Shown: piece by piece, positions 39,018 through 49,716 of the stretch
Numbering within the stretch: position 1 is the first letter of the stretch
Layout: each line of letters starts with the position of its first letter
Source: Candidatus Moanibacter sp.
GTDB lineage: Bacteria; Verrucomicrobiota; Verrucomicrobiia; Opitutales; UBA2987
Direction: 5' to 3'
DNA length: 64,000 nt
Assembly: GCA_965215885.1 (NCBI GenBank)
Contig: CBDCEW010000079.1
Location: forward strand, 25,926-89,925
The notes under the pieces: model-generated
Told to the model about the DNA's origin: nothing
Seen by the model: only the letters and a program-made list of their open reading frames with translations
Databases searched by the model: none
Made by a program: the position numbers and the translations under genes

Positions 39018-39310
39018 ATTGCCTTTTCTCCAGTGGGTAAGCGCTACGGACTACCGGCAGCCGCGATTCAGCCGAGCCGGAACTGCGGAATTCGTGTGAA
39101 AGACGGGTTAATCTCGAATGGCGTTAAGATAACGGGATTATCGCTCGCAACGGTCTTCGTCCTGCTGCGCGAACTGCGCCCGGTCGAGAGCGAGCTTCCT
39201 ACGAGTTTCACAGATTGTTGTAGGAAGGCCGCTTGCGGCCGAAAAGGACCGGGACCGGATTTACCGTTTATGCCCGTTATTTTGGCGCCATTCGGGCTCA
39301 ACTCTCTTCC

Positions 39311-40690
39311 ATGTGGAACTCAGATAACGTTTATGTGAAAAGGTTTTGGGCATCGGATTTCCCGTTCGCGCCGTCGCGGTGGCCATTCTTTTACGGTTGG
39401 TGTATCCTAGTCGCGGGTACTATTGGAGGGGTCGCCACCGTTCCCGGACAGACGGGCGGAGTCAGTGTCTTTACCGACATCCTGATGGTTCAGTTGGGAC
39501 TGACGCGGCTCCAAGTCAGCGCCGCCTATATGGTCGGCACCCTGTTGAGTGGATTACTGTTGACATGGGGTGGTCGCCTGGTCGATCGCTTCGGCTCGCG
39601 AAAGGCCGGTTTCTTTTCTGCGCTGGGACTGGGTTGTTCGGTTGCGCTTCTGAGTCAGTGTGATCGCCTGACGGACGCGATCCGTGGATTGATCAATTTC
39701 ACCGACTCCTGGGGGACCGCCTTTTTTATTATCAGTATTTGTTTCCTCCTGATTCGATTTTTCGGTCAGGGAATGCTGATGATCTCTTGCCGCGCCATGA
39801 TAGGAAAGTGGTTTGATCGCCGGCGCGGATTGGTAATTTCGATCAGCGGCATCGCGTCTTCGCTGGCTTTTTCTTTTGGTCCGAAGACATTGAATATCGG
39901 TATTCAGGGCATCGGTTGGCGCGAAACCTGGATTGTAATGGCTACCATTCTCCTCACAGCCATGATCCTGATTGCCTGGGTTTTCTTCAGGGACAATCCG
40001 GAAGAGTGCGGCCTCTTCATGGACGGTTCACCGCCCGGCCGCGACGATACCGTTCCGAAAAATCCGGATCGCATTCTGGTTAAGGAATTTGACCTCCGCG
40101 AAGCGATGCGGACATACGCCTTTTGGATTTTCGCCCTTACAATGACATGGTCGGGGCTATTCGGAACCGGTTATGTCTTTCACATTGTATCTGTTGGCGA
40201 GGAGTTGGGTCTTCTCCCTGGTGCCATACTCGATCTGTTAATTCCGGCAGCGGCTGTCAGCATTGTGACAAATCTGGTTGTGGGCTGGCTCAGCGATCAT
40301 GTACGGATCAAATACATCCTGATACTCAAAGGGTTGGCATCGTCGGTTTGGCCTTTCGGCATGCTATTGATGCCCTCCTTCATCGGAGAGACGCTCATGG
40401 TTGCCGGAATGGGGATTTCGATGGGTTGTCTCGGTGTGCTGAGTGGAGTGGTATGGCCCCGATTTTATGGGCGCCGCCATTTGGGTGCAATCAGTGGAAC
40501 GGCGTTTAAATGGGGGGTTATTGGTAGTGCCTTAGGGCCTTTGTGTTTCGCGATGATTCGCGCCCTCACGGATAACTATCGGATCATGAGCATCCTGGCA
40601 GTCGGTGTAAGCCTGGTGCTCATGGCCGGCGCATTCTACGCCGATAACCCACAACGGAAACTTGCCGGGGCACAATCACGATCATCTTGA
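39311..40690 (+). CDS. MFS transporter
   Basis: ~12 TM segments, motif A GRLVDRFGSR, GKWFDRRRG; start position uncertain. Confidence 0.9.
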   Translation: MWNSDNVYVKRFWASDFPFAPSRWPFFYGWCILVAGTIGGVATVPGQTGGVSVFTDILMVQLGLTRLQVSAAYMVGTLLSGLLLTWGGRLVDRFGSRKAGFFSALGLGCSVALLSQCDRLTDAIRGLINFTDSWGTAFFIISICFLLIRFFGQGMLMISCRAMIGKWFDRRRGLVISISGIASSLAFSFGPKTLNIGIQGIGWRETWIVMATILLTAMILIAWVFFRDNPEECGLFMDGSPPGRDDTVPKNPDRILVKEFDLREAMRTYAFWIFALTMTWSGLFGTGYVFHIVSVGEELGLLPGAILDLLIPAAAVSIVTNLVVGWLSDHVRIKYILILKGLASSVWPFGMLLMPSFIGETLMVAGMGISMGCLGVLSGVVWPRFYGRRHLGAISGTAFKWGVIGSALGPLCFAMIRALTDNYRIMSILAVGVSLVLMAGAFYADNPQRKLAGAQSRSS

Positions 40691-40927
40691 ATCCGTGCCG
40701 TAGTTCTCTTGCTTTCGAGATCAGACTTTCGACTTGCGACGGGTGACTCTCGATATTAGTGCAGGTAAGTTAGGCCGACTGGCTTTTGTCGGACCGTCAG
40801 ACTGTGAGATTTTGCCCATGGCCAGATATTGGATTACGTTAACCCACCCCGGGCTCCCAGGAGGGGATATTACCTGTCGGTTTTCGTTCCTGGTTTTGGA
40901 TTCATCAGCTTGGACCGTGCATGAGCA

Positions 40928-41461
40928 ATGAAGCATCATGTTAGGGTTATTGCCCGGGAATTTACGGGCGATGAATCAAATTTGAGAGAGCGCTCCGAAC
41001 GCATCGTTCACGCGTTGCGGAATCTTGGTATAACTCATGCCGTGGGTCTACCGGACAACGCCACCCGGATCATCTACGAATTGTTGGAAGAGGATGCAGG
41101 CATCCTGGTGGTGCCGGTTTGCCGGGAGGGAGAGGCCTGGGCTATCGCCAGTGGGCTTTGGGTGGGGGGAAAGATTCCTATCGTAATTATTCAGAATACC
41201 GGATTTCTCGAATCGGGCGACGCGCTGAGAGGCACGGCGTTTGAAATCGGGGTACCTCTGCTTGCGCTCATCGATTACAGGGGACATCAAACATTGGGAA
41301 GAGAAGGCGTTGACAGCGCCGCCAGCTTTTTCGAACCGACCCTGCGGGCCTGGCAGATACCCTATCACTTTCTCGAAGATGAACGCGAGGCGGAGATTCT
41401 CGGATATGCGTATCGGCAGGCCCATGAAAAATGTGGTCCAGTCGCCGCACTCATGACGTGA
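40928..41461 (+). CDS. TPP-dependent decarboxylase alpha subunit (sulfopyruvate/phosphonopyruvate decarboxylase-like)
   Basis: GLPDN, CREGEAWAIASGLWVGG, IIQNTG pyrimidine-binding motifs. Confidence 0.8.
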   Translation: MKHHVRVIAREFTGDESNLRERSERIVHALRNLGITHAVGLPDNATRIIYELLEEDAGILVVPVCREGEAWAIASGLWVGGKIPIVIIQNTGFLESGDALRGTAFEIGVPLLALIDYRGHQTLGREGVDSAASFFEPTLRAWQIPYHFLEDEREAEILGYAYRQAHEKCGPVAALMT

Positions 41462-42051
41462 TGAAGCGTAGAGAATGTCTAGAAGTACTGCGCCGGTTCC
41501 GCCCCGATGAGGCGGTGGTCGTTTCTACAATGGGTTCGGCTGCACAATGGTCTCGACTCTCGGACTCAGAGCTCGACTTTCCCTCGGTCGGGAGCGCCAT
41601 GGGCCATGCCGCGGATTTCGCGATGGGTCTGGCGCTCGCTCAGCCCGAGCGAAAGATCTGGGTCCTCAATGGGGACGGCAGCATGCTTATGAGCCTGGGT
41701 ACGCTTGTCACAATTTGCCATTCCATGCCTCGGAATCTCGTCTTATTCGTCATGGAGAACGACACTTTTGAAGTGACCGGTAATCAGTCCATCCCCGGAG
41801 CCGGCAAAATATCGTTTGTGAATATGGCCCGTGGGGCCGGGTTTAATCGGGTGCACGAGTTTGACTCGGCCCAAGATCTCAGTGAGCAGTTGGCGTCCGT
41901 CCTTTACGATGCCGGGCCCATATTCATCAACCTGCGGATCGAGACAGGGAATGAACCCGCCCCGCAACTGGATTGCCCTCTCAAGGTGCCTGCGTCACTT
42001 CTAAGGACAGCGTTGCTCAAAAGTGGACCTGGTGTCGTGTCTCACGAATGA
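41461..42051 (+). CDS. TPP-dependent decarboxylase beta subunit (ComE-like)
   Basis: AMGHA, NGDGSMLMSLG...EN TPP-binding motif; ATG overlaps the alpha-subunit TGA. Confidence 0.82.
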   Translation: MKRRECLEVLRRFRPDEAVVVSTMGSAAQWSRLSDSELDFPSVGSAMGHAADFAMGLALAQPERKIWVLNGDGSMLMSLGTLVTICHSMPRNLVLFVMENDTFEVTGNQSIPGAGKISFVNMARGAGFNRVHEFDSAQDLSEQLASVLYDAGPIFINLRIETGNEPAPQLDCPLKVPASLLRTALLKSGPGVVSHE

Positions 42052-42067
42052 TTCTTCTGAAAAACTC

Positions 42068-42140
42068 CCACGTTCTTGCGAACGCGGCTACACATATTAA
42101 CGACTTACGGTGGACAGTAGCCGCGTTCGCAAGAACGTGG
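42068..42140. repeat. 73-bp REPIN-like doublet; further copies at 58398-58470 and 60138-60210
   Basis: ccacgttcttgcgaacgcggctac-N25-gtagccgcgttcgcaagaacgtgg; each arm is GTAG plus a hairpin with a GCAA loop. Confidence 0.9.
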
Positions 42141-42224
42141 TCGAGGATTCCGAGAGGACGACTTTTTCGGCAGAATCACGAATAAGCATTAGCATTCTTA
42201 TTTGTAAGATTCGACACTCTAGCA

Positions 42225-43112
42225 ATGAGAGACGATCTGACTGAAGTCGGTGACTACGCGAGTTTCCGAAAGGCGAACGAACATGGTCTTGTCGTCCTCT
42301 CAATGGGATTGTCCTACTGGATGTTCAAACGTAGAGGTCGCTACGTTTTATGTGTTCGATCGGAAGACGCGTCGTCGGTGATTGAACAGATCGGAAAATT
42401 CGACACCGAAAATCAGTTCTGGCCGCCCAGAATTGAGACTTTTCGTGAAGAGAGAACGAACTTTCGCGCCCTCGCCATTTATGCCTTGATTCTCGTAACT
42501 TTCTTCATTGCCCAGCAACCATTCGAGGACTGGTTCGTATCTCGGGGCGCTGTCATTCCGGTTGCAATTTATGGATACGGGGAATGGTGGCGTACCGTGA
42601 CCGCCCTCACTCTTCATGCCGATTCCGCCCACCTCGTGGCTAACCTGCTTGCGGGCGCTTTCTTTGGGTTTTTTGTTAACCGGTGCCTGAACGCGGGATT
42701 GGGATGGTTTTTGATACTCCTCAGTGGAATGGTGGGAAATGCTTTAAGCGCGGCGATTTCTTACCCTTTTCCACATCGTTCGATCGGAGCGTCGACCGCT
42801 GTCTTCGGTGCCCTCGGTATTCTCGCCGGGTTCGCGGTTGCTTCTATGAAGCGGTCGCGTTGGGGGCTCTCAAAGCGTTTTAGAGCAATCCCACTCTTGG
42901 GGGCTCTTGCCCTTCTCGCACTTCTTGGAACTGGTGACGTGAGAACGGATGTTGTCGCTCATATCTGTGGCTTCTCAGCCGGTCTGCTTCTCGGAGGGGT
43001 CGGAACAGGGTTGAATCGGATGCTTCCGAAAGCCCCAGTAGTGCAGTGGGCTTTCTTTGTCGCCTCTCTCCTCCTCCTTGCTGCCGCCTGGGTCGCGGCT
43101 GCCCGCGCTTGA
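42225..43112 (+). CDS. Rhomboid family intramembrane serine protease
   Basis: WWRTVTALTLH..HLVAN, GASTAVFG catalytic Ser, AHICGF catalytic His. Confidence 0.92.
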   Translation: MRDDLTEVGDYASFRKANEHGLVVLSMGLSYWMFKRRGRYVLCVRSEDASSVIEQIGKFDTENQFWPPRIETFREERTNFRALAIYALILVTFFIAQQPFEDWFVSRGAVIPVAIYGYGEWWRTVTALTLHADSAHLVANLLAGAFFGFFVNRCLNAGLGWFLILLSGMVGNALSAAISYPFPHRSIGASTAVFGALGILAGFAVASMKRSRWGLSKRFRAIPLLGALALLALLGTGDVRTDVVAHICGFSAGLLLGGVGTGLNRMLPKAPVVQWAFFVASLLLLAAAWVAAARA

Positions 43113-43149
43113 TTTCTGAATTTTTCGCTTGCAATTTTCCATTTCTTGT

Positions 43150-43169
43150 ATTTCTGTAATTACAGAAAT
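43150..43169. promoter_or_regulatory. Perfect 20-bp palindrome, probable operator of the downstream GbsR-type regulator
   Basis: atttctgtaattacagaaat is its own reverse complement and ends 7 bp before the regulator ATG. Confidence 0.75.
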
Positions 43170-43176
43170 TAATGAA

Positions 43177-43713
43177 ATGAAAAATCTGAGACCGATAGCA
43201 CAGAAATTCATCCTTCACTGGGGCGAGATGGGAACGCGATGGGGCATAAATCGAACGGTTGCCCAGATACATGCGCTACTATTCATATCGGAAGAGCCGC
43301 TCGACGCGGAGGAGATCTGCAAGACCCTGGGAGTGGCGCGGTCAAACGTAAGCAACAGCCTGAAGGAGCTTCAGAACTGGGGGATCGTGCGTGTGGTGCA
43401 CTTACCGGAGGACCGACGCGATCATTTTGAGTCGATGAAAGACGTCTATGAGATGTTTCGGGTGATCGCGGCAGAGAGGAAAAGGCGGGAGATCGATCCT
43501 ACTCTGGCTATGCTTCGTGAATGCGTGGGGGAGGCGAAAGGGGGCGGAAGATCGGCTGAGGTTTACACACGCGAAAGGCTTGATGACCTTTTGGAATTCT
43601 TCGAATTGGTGACGGATTTCCATGTTAAGATGAACCGTCTCTCGACGAGAGTAGCGGTTAAGGCGTTCCGCATGGGGGATAAGCTACTGAAGGCAATGGG
43701 AATAGCTGCGTGA
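43177..43713 (+). CDS. GbsR/MarR family transcriptional regulator
   Basis: FILHWGEMGTRWGINRTVAQIHALL; HTH VARSNVSNSLKELQNWG; ERKRREIDP. Confidence 0.9.
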   Translation: MKNLRPIAQKFILHWGEMGTRWGINRTVAQIHALLFISEEPLDAEEICKTLGVARSNVSNSLKELQNWGIVRVVHLPEDRRDHFESMKDVYEMFRVIAAERKRREIDPTLAMLRECVGEAKGGGRSAEVYTRERLDDLLEFFELVTDFHVKMNRLSTRVAVKAFRMGDKLLKAMGIAA

Positions 43714-43738
43714 CGATATTTGGTAACGGACTGAAAGG

Positions 43739-44137
43739 ATGAAAACATCGGAGAGCTTACGAGTAGAGGGGCATCTATTTTTTGACGGGACTTGCGCGAT
43801 GTGTAGTCGTTGGGCTGACCGTTTACGTGGAATGCTGGCGCGTCGGGGTGTGAGAGTCGTGCCATTCGACAATGGAGCCGATGAGGAAGAAATGCGTCTC
43901 AGCTGGTGTGATGGGCATGAATATCGCGGTGTCGATGCGTTAGTATTTCTATGCGGACGAATGTGGTGGGCCAGGCCCTTCTTTGGGTTGACTCATGTGC
44001 CTGGAGTTCGCTGGTTATCTCGAAAAGGATACCGATGGATCGCGAAGAACCGGCGCTGTATCGGGAGATCCTGCGCGATTGACAGTTCCGACGGTGAAAG
44101 AACCGCGTCCCACTATTTCCATATCGATGAAGAATAA
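43739..44137 (+). CDS. DCC1-like thiol-disulfide oxidoreductase (DUF393)
   Basis: FFDGTCAMC (DxxCxxC) and YRWIAKNR motifs. Confidence 0.85.
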   Translation: MKTSESLRVEGHLFFDGTCAMCSRWADRLRGMLARRGVRVVPFDNGADEEEMRLSWCDGHEYRGVDALVFLCGRMWWARPFFGLTHVPGVRWLSRKGYRWIAKNRRCIGRSCAIDSSDGERTASHYFHIDEE

Positions 44138-45062
44138 TCCGAAAGAAGAGAAAGAGCGCAGAGCAATACTGGCAGGGGGAAGCGGATTTCTTGGATGCTC
44201 ATTGGCCGAGGAACTGTTTGCCCGTGGGTGGGAAGTGATCGTGTTGACGCGAAGTCCTGACAAATATCGAGGCAGGGGTCGCGCGGTAAGATGGGATGGT
44301 CAGAGTCTCGGTGATTGGGTGGGAGATATCGACGGCGCTGAGGTGGTGGTGAATCTCGCCGGCAAGAATGTAAATTGCAGGCCGACGCGCAAGAACCGGG
44401 ACGAGATCCTGACATCGCGAGTCAACTCCGTTCGCGTATTGGGTGAGGCGGTACGCGCCTGTAATATTGCGCCACGGACATGGCTACAGGCCGGCTCTCT
44501 AGCGATTTATGGAAACCCGGGAGACCGTGTCTGCGATGAGGATACGCCCTTCGCGACAGAATTTCCCGCGAACGTCTGCACGGAATGGGAAGGGGCACTG
44601 GAGGACGTGCTTCTCCCCGATATGCGTTCAGTGGTGCTACGTATCGGCTTCGTCTTAGGACGCAGTGGTGGAGCATTACCGTTTCTTACCAAGTTGGCCC
44701 GTTGGGGCCTCGGGGGCACGATTGGTAGCGGCCGCCAATGGATGAGCTGGATGCACTTGGAGGATATGAATCGGATATTTTTGGAGGCGATCGATAACGA
44801 GAACTGGGCAGGGGTTTATAATACAACCGGCCCCGAACCAGTCAGAAACCGTGAGTTTATGAGCGAGCTTCGAAAAGCGCTGGCATGTTTCTGGAGTCCA
44901 CCCGCGCCGACTCCGGCGGTATGGGTGGGATCCTGGATCCTCGGCAGCGATCCGAATATCGCACTGACAGGCCGCCGCTGTGTGCCGTCACGCCTCACGG
45001 AGTCGGGTTTCGTTTTCAAATGGCCAGGTTTGAAGGAGGCTTTTGCAGACTTACTTCCTTAG
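44127..45062 (+). CDS. TIGR01777 family NAD-dependent epimerase/oxidoreductase
   Basis: AGGSGFLG, VNLAG, LRIGFVLG, GSGRQWMSWMH, PVRNREF. Confidence 0.9.
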   Translation: MKNNPKEEKERRAILAGGSGFLGCSLAEELFARGWEVIVLTRSPDKYRGRGRAVRWDGQSLGDWVGDIDGAEVVVNLAGKNVNCRPTRKNRDEILTSRVNSVRVLGEAVRACNIAPRTWLQAGSLAIYGNPGDRVCDEDTPFATEFPANVCTEWEGALEDVLLPDMRSVVLRIGFVLGRSGGALPFLTKLARWGLGGTIGSGRQWMSWMHLEDMNRIFLEAIDNENWAGVYNTTGPEPVRNREFMSELRKALACFWSPPAPTPAVWVGSWILGSDPNIALTGRRCVPSRLTESGFVFKWPGLKEAFADLLP

Positions 45063-45159
45063 TCTGGAAATCTCATGAATATCCAGACATAAAATCAGAA
45101 GGCATAGAGGAAAAAGTGGGATTGTACTTCAACGAAAATGGAAAGGAAAAATGAACTGG

Positions 45160-45576
45160 CTATTCGTCGATGACTCTTCTTCGAAGTGTCTTGGTCCGGC
45201 TACGTTTCTTTTTTTGATCGAGGCGCTTCTGCTGAGAGCCGGAGGAGGGTTTGGTCGGCTTTCGTTCCTTCCGGGAACGGGCCGAGTTCCTGATCAATTC
45301 CTGGAGAAGCCGCAACGCCTGTTCTTTATTTCTCTCCGGACTGCGATTCCGCTGAGTCTTGATGACGATGACTCCCGCGCTCGTGATACGCCTATCCCTC
45401 AACTTCAGGATCCGTTCCTTGTAGTAGTCGGGAAGCGATGAAGTCCCGACGTCGAAACGCAGATGCACTCCTGAGGAGACTTTATTGACATTCTGGCCAC
45501 CCGGTCCCTGCGCCCGTATGCGGCTGATCTCGATCTCCTTGTCGGGTATACTTACTCTTCTCGAAATAGGTAGCAC
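45160..45576 (-). CDS. arfB: Alternative ribosome-rescue peptidyl-tRNA hydrolase
   Basis: GPGGQNVNKVSS GGQ motif and basic tail RKPTKPS..QKRLDQKK. Confidence 0.93.
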   Translation of the reverse strand: MLPISRRVSIPDKEIEISRIRAQGPGGQNVNKVSSGVHLRFDVGTSSLPDYYKERILKLRDRRITSAGVIVIKTQRNRSPERNKEQALRLLQELIRNSARSRKERKPTKPSSGSQQKRLDQKKKRSRTKTLRRRVIDE

Positions 45577-45650
45577 TCGTCAGCTTCCTTTGATCCCCAT
45601 CATTTTTCGAATTTTTGATACAATGCGGTGAATTGTGTGGAACGAGCGGT

Positions 45651-47225
45651 CTAAACCTTACCGGCCAGGGAATCTCCCACGTAATTGATCTGAATCTTGT
45701 TGGTTAGACCGGCCTGGCCGATCGGTTCACCGAGCACGAGGACGATCCTGTCGCCTATTTGCGCCCAGCCTCGATCAATGAGGAGTTTATCGAGTTGCTC
45801 AATGAAAGCGGCGGTACTCTCAGGTTGTTCCAAAAGTAGCGGAACCACCCCATAAAGAATCGACATCCTGCGAAGCGCCTCCGGGTTGGAACTGAAGGCG
45901 ATGACCGGCACAGCCGAACGGTTTTGTGACAGATAACTGGCCCCGCCACCCAGCTGCGACCACATAACTATGAGTGTCGCGTTAAGATCCCGTACGATCA
46001 CGCTTACTCCGTGTGCCAGGGCCGCAGTGCGGTAGCGGGACTCCCTCGGTTTGCGGGGTGGAGGGATATCGATCGCCTCGGTGCGGCGATAAGCGTTCGT
46101 TTTTCTGGCGATGCGCCGCATTGTTTTGACCGCCTCTACCGGAAATCGGCCAACGGCAGATTCTCCGGACAACATAACGGCGTGGGCGCCTTCAAAAATC
46201 GCATTTGCGACATCACTTGCCTCGGCACGAGTCGGAGATGGCGCTTCGATCATACTCTGGAGCATCTGAGTCGCGACAACAACAGGTTTTCCGTAGTCGT
46301 GACAGGTCCTGATAATGTGCTTTTGAATAACGGGGACCTGTGCCAGATCCATCTCGACGCCCAAATCGCCGCGCGCCACCATAATGATATCCGATTCGTC
46401 CACGATACTATCAAGGTCGTCCAGTGCCTGCGGTTTTTCTATCTTGGCCATAACCGGAATGAAGCTCTTGGAGCCGCCCCCGTAAGAGCTGAACCGCGGT
46501 CCGATTCCACCGGTGGATCGCTTGGGACGGGAGGGACGAGCCCCCAGTTTCCGGAGGCGATCCTTCAGCGATCGCACATCGTCACTGCTGCGCACAAAGC
46601 TCAAGGCGAGAAAATCGAATCCCTCCTTAACGGCAAAATCGACGCATTGCAAATCCCACTCCGTCAACGAGGGGAGCGACAGATTCGTTTCCGGAAGATT
46701 GATGCCTTTGGCCGAAAAAAGCCGCCCTCCTCTAATCACCCGGCATAAGGCTTCAGGATTTTCCGGGTCGACTGATGCAGCGGAGCATTCGAGCACAAGA
46801 TTGCCGTCATCAAGCAAGACGGGTTGTGCGACCTTCAATTCAGGTATAAATATTGGGTTATTGACCGATACGGTTAGACGGGTTGATCTCGAGTCCGGAT
46901 CTGTCACGGCCGCTCGCTTTTCGGAAGTTAATTCGACCTCCTGGCCGGGTTCCAGTTCGACCCCTCCGTCAACTATTTCTCCGATTCGAAACTTCGGACC
47001 ACAGAGATCGCCCACTACTCCTACATTCTGTTCCGTTTCTTTTGATGCCTTCCGGATGTTATCCAGGAGTGACTTAAAGGACTCAAAGTCGCCGTGTGAG
47101 AAGTTGATGCGAAAGACATTCGCGCCGCTTTTGATCAATCCTGCGATCGTGGAGACGTCCGAAGAGGCCGGACCCAACGTGGCGATTATCTTGGTGAGGA
47201 GCAACTGGTGGTCTGGCGAACTCAT
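45651..47225 (-). CDS. pyk: Pyruvate kinase
   Basis: TKIIATLGPAS, RINFSHG, AKIEK, MVARGDLGVE, ATQMLQSM, PTRAE. Confidence 0.97.
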   Translation of the reverse strand: MSSPDHQLLLTKIIATLGPASSDVSTIAGLIKSGANVFRINFSHGDFESFKSLLDNIRKASKETEQNVGVVGDLCGPKFRIGEIVDGGVELEPGQEVELTSEKRAAVTDPDSRSTRLTVSVNNPIFIPELKVAQPVLLDDGNLVLECSAASVDPENPEALCRVIRGGRLFSAKGINLPETNLSLPSLTEWDLQCVDFAVKEGFDFLALSFVRSSDDVRSLKDRLRKLGARPSRPKRSTGGIGPRFSSYGGGSKSFIPVMAKIEKPQALDDLDSIVDESDIIMVARGDLGVEMDLAQVPVIQKHIIRTCHDYGKPVVVATQMLQSMIEAPSPTRAEASDVANAIFEGAHAVMLSGESAVGRFPVEAVKTMRRIARKTNAYRRTEAIDIPPPRKPRESRYRTAALAHGVSVIVRDLNATLIVMWSQLGGGASYLSQNRSAVPVIAFSSNPEALRRMSILYGVVPLLLEQPESTAAFIEQLDKLLIDRGWAQIGDRIVLVLGEPIGQAGLTNKIQINYVGDSLAGKV

Positions 47226-47683
47226 TTGCGTTTTTCAGGAGAAGTTTACAATCCTTATTCTCGAGCTCCGTGTTCTCGGAGGAGAGATTTCATTGCTCCG
47301 GGGACATGCTGCAAGAAGCGCAGAAAATGATGAAGAACAGGCAGAACGGATAGGGCGAGACGTTTTTGTCGGACATATGCGACTAACTTTGATTATCTCG
47401 ACATTCTCTAAGACGAAATTAATTGAGAAGGTAGAATCCGGACTATTGCAGTGAGACTCTCGAGGTGGGCAATTTAACCCGCTAAGTGTACACTTTCCAA
47501 GCCTACATTTTCTTTAGAAGATTCTGTTGGATCCAAAGTCCGACAGATTCCTGATATTCTTCGGCGTTAGGGTGAGGATCGCTCCGAGTTGCGACAGTTC
47601 TCCAGAACAGGAAATGTAAGGATTCTCGAGGAGTCGGAGGATATACGATTGCTTGTTTGGAAGCCGGTACTATATATAGATAA

Positions 47684-49170
47684 GGGTCTACAGCAGAATC
47701 TGTGGGTGGGTAACGTCGCTTACAAGAGGAAATAGAGTCGGTGAGCACAAGGAGAAGTCAGGGCGCTGCCCTGAATCCCGCTCCTCCACAGCCGGAGGGG
47801 CTGGTCGGTGTTTTCTTTGCATATGGGATTGAAAGGTTGAAGCACCGGGCCGTTCCGAGGATGAAAGTAGTACCGAAAATACATCCTGAACACGGAGGAC
47901 CCAGTGCTCATCAAAACGCTACTGAATCGGTGCTATTGGCTCAAGAGCTTTGTTTACGCAAAGGCGAGTATGGAAATGGTGAAATCGGAGGAGGCGATTG
48001 TGGTGCAGATTGAGCCGCGCAAGAATAGTCGGGTGGGCTCCCAGTTCGGGGTGTGGCCGGACGGCCAGCGGCTACGACCACATGAGCGAGGCGAGGCATT
48101 TTGAATTTGTGCCCTTGTGGGGGATGAAGGTGTATTTTCGTTACCGCATGCGGCGGGTCAATTGCCGGCGGTGCGGGGTGAAGGTCGAAGAGGTGCCCTG
48201 GGCCAAGGGCAAGAGTCATCTGAGTTGGCCAATGCAATGGTTTCTGGCCCAGTGGGCGAGGCGCTTGAGCTGGGAAGAGACGGCAAGGGTTTTTCGCACG
48301 AACTGGCGCAACGTCTTCGAGTCGGTCGAGGCGATGGTGCGTTGGGGGCTCAAACGGCGCGATATGAGCGGGATTGAGGCGATCGGAGTCGATGAGGTGC
48401 AGTATCATCGAGGCCATCACTATCTCACCGTGGTCTACCAGCTTGACGAGCGGCGGCGGCGGCTATTGGGCGTATTCAATAAGCGCAACGTAAAATCGCT
48501 CTTGCGTTTTTTCTGGGAATTGGGAGCGCAAAAGAGCAGCCAGATCCTCTACGTCTGCTCGGATCTGTGGAAGCCTTACCTCAAAGTGATCAAGAAAAAG
48601 GCACCCCAGGCGCTGCACATCCTCGATCGCTTCCACTTGGTAGCCAACCTGAACAAGGCCCTCAATGAGATTCGTGCTGCGGAAGCCAGGCGATTGCAAC
48701 GGGACGGCTACATCAACGTGCTGGTCAAAAGCAAATACTGTTTCTTCAAAAATCCGCAAAATCTCACCCCCACCCAACAGATCCGCCTCAAGGAGGTGCT
48801 CCAATACGATCTGAAGAGCGTGCGGGCCTATCTACTAAAGGAGAGCTTTCAGCTCTTGTGGCATTATAAAAGTCCCTACTGGGCCCAATGGTATCTGAAA
48901 AAATGGTGCACGCGCGCCATGCGTTCGCGCCTCAAACCGATCAAAAGGTTCGTGCGCTCGGTGCGCAAACACGAGCCGCTCATCCTCAACTGGTTTCGGG
49001 CCAAAAAGGCCTTTTCCTGCGGCATTGTGGAGGGCTTTAACCGCAATATAAATCTCACTATCAGAAAAGCATACGGCTTTAAGAGCTTCGAAGTGCTTAA
49101 GATCGCCCTATTTCATACCATGGGCGACTTGCCTGAACCCGAAATAACCCACAGATTCTGCTGACGAGGC
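47684..49170 (+). mobile_element. ISL3-family insertion sequence with 8-bp TSD
   Basis: TIRs share cagcagaatctgtgggt; direct repeat atagataa at 47676-47683 and 49171-49178. Confidence 0.92.
47904..49164 (+). pseudogene. ISL3 transposase, frameshifted near 48030-48050
   Basis: N-terminus (GTG 47904 after ggagg) is in one frame; the Zn finger and DDE core (IGVDE, CSDLWKPY, LDRFH, VEGFN) are in the 47998-49164 frame. Confidence 0.88.
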
Positions 49171-49209
49171 ATAGATAAAGATAATTTTGGAACCCCTGAT
49201 GCCAGGAAC

Positions 49210-49716
49210 ATGACCGAACCACCGCAATGGAACCCCAAGGAACCGGGAGCTTCGCTTCTGGCATATGCTGAGTTTCTGCATCGAGAAGCTCGAAAGGTAT
49301 TCAAACGGGACGGCACTCATGTCGAGATCCTCTTTATCCTGGCCGATGACGGAACGATTCAACCCCAACCTATCGCCGAACCGATGACACGGGAGCATGT
49401 GGCTGAGTGCTTGAGAGAACAAATCCCCGGTAGCAATATTTACGGGCTCATTCATATCGCCGAAGCCTGGAGCTACAACGCCAAAGGCTCCGGCGATCAT
49501 ACTTTTAAGCAATTGAAATTGGGTGAGATGTGTGTTTCGGATCTTGTCGATGAGGACAGGAGCGAAATGCTCGTAGTCAGTTTGCTTTCACGTGACGGTG
49601 ACAGATTTTCCTGGATCGACAAAGTAGTGCGCACCGCCTCTAACGAGGTATCTCTGGAGGAAAGCCGGAAGTTGGCCGGCACGCAGTTTCCTTTTGGGGA
49701 TGTCTTCCGGGGGTGA
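49210..49716 (+). CDS. Hypothetical protein
   Basis: 168-aa ORF with ATG start and protein-like composition; no family recognised. Confidence 0.6.
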   Translation: MTEPPQWNPKEPGASLLAYAEFLHREARKVFKRDGTHVEILFILADDGTIQPQPIAEPMTREHVAECLREQIPGSNIYGLIHIAEAWSYNAKGSGDHTFKQLKLGEMCVSDLVDEDRSEMLVVSLLSRDGDRFSWIDKVVRTASNEVSLEESRKLAGTQFPFGDVFRG

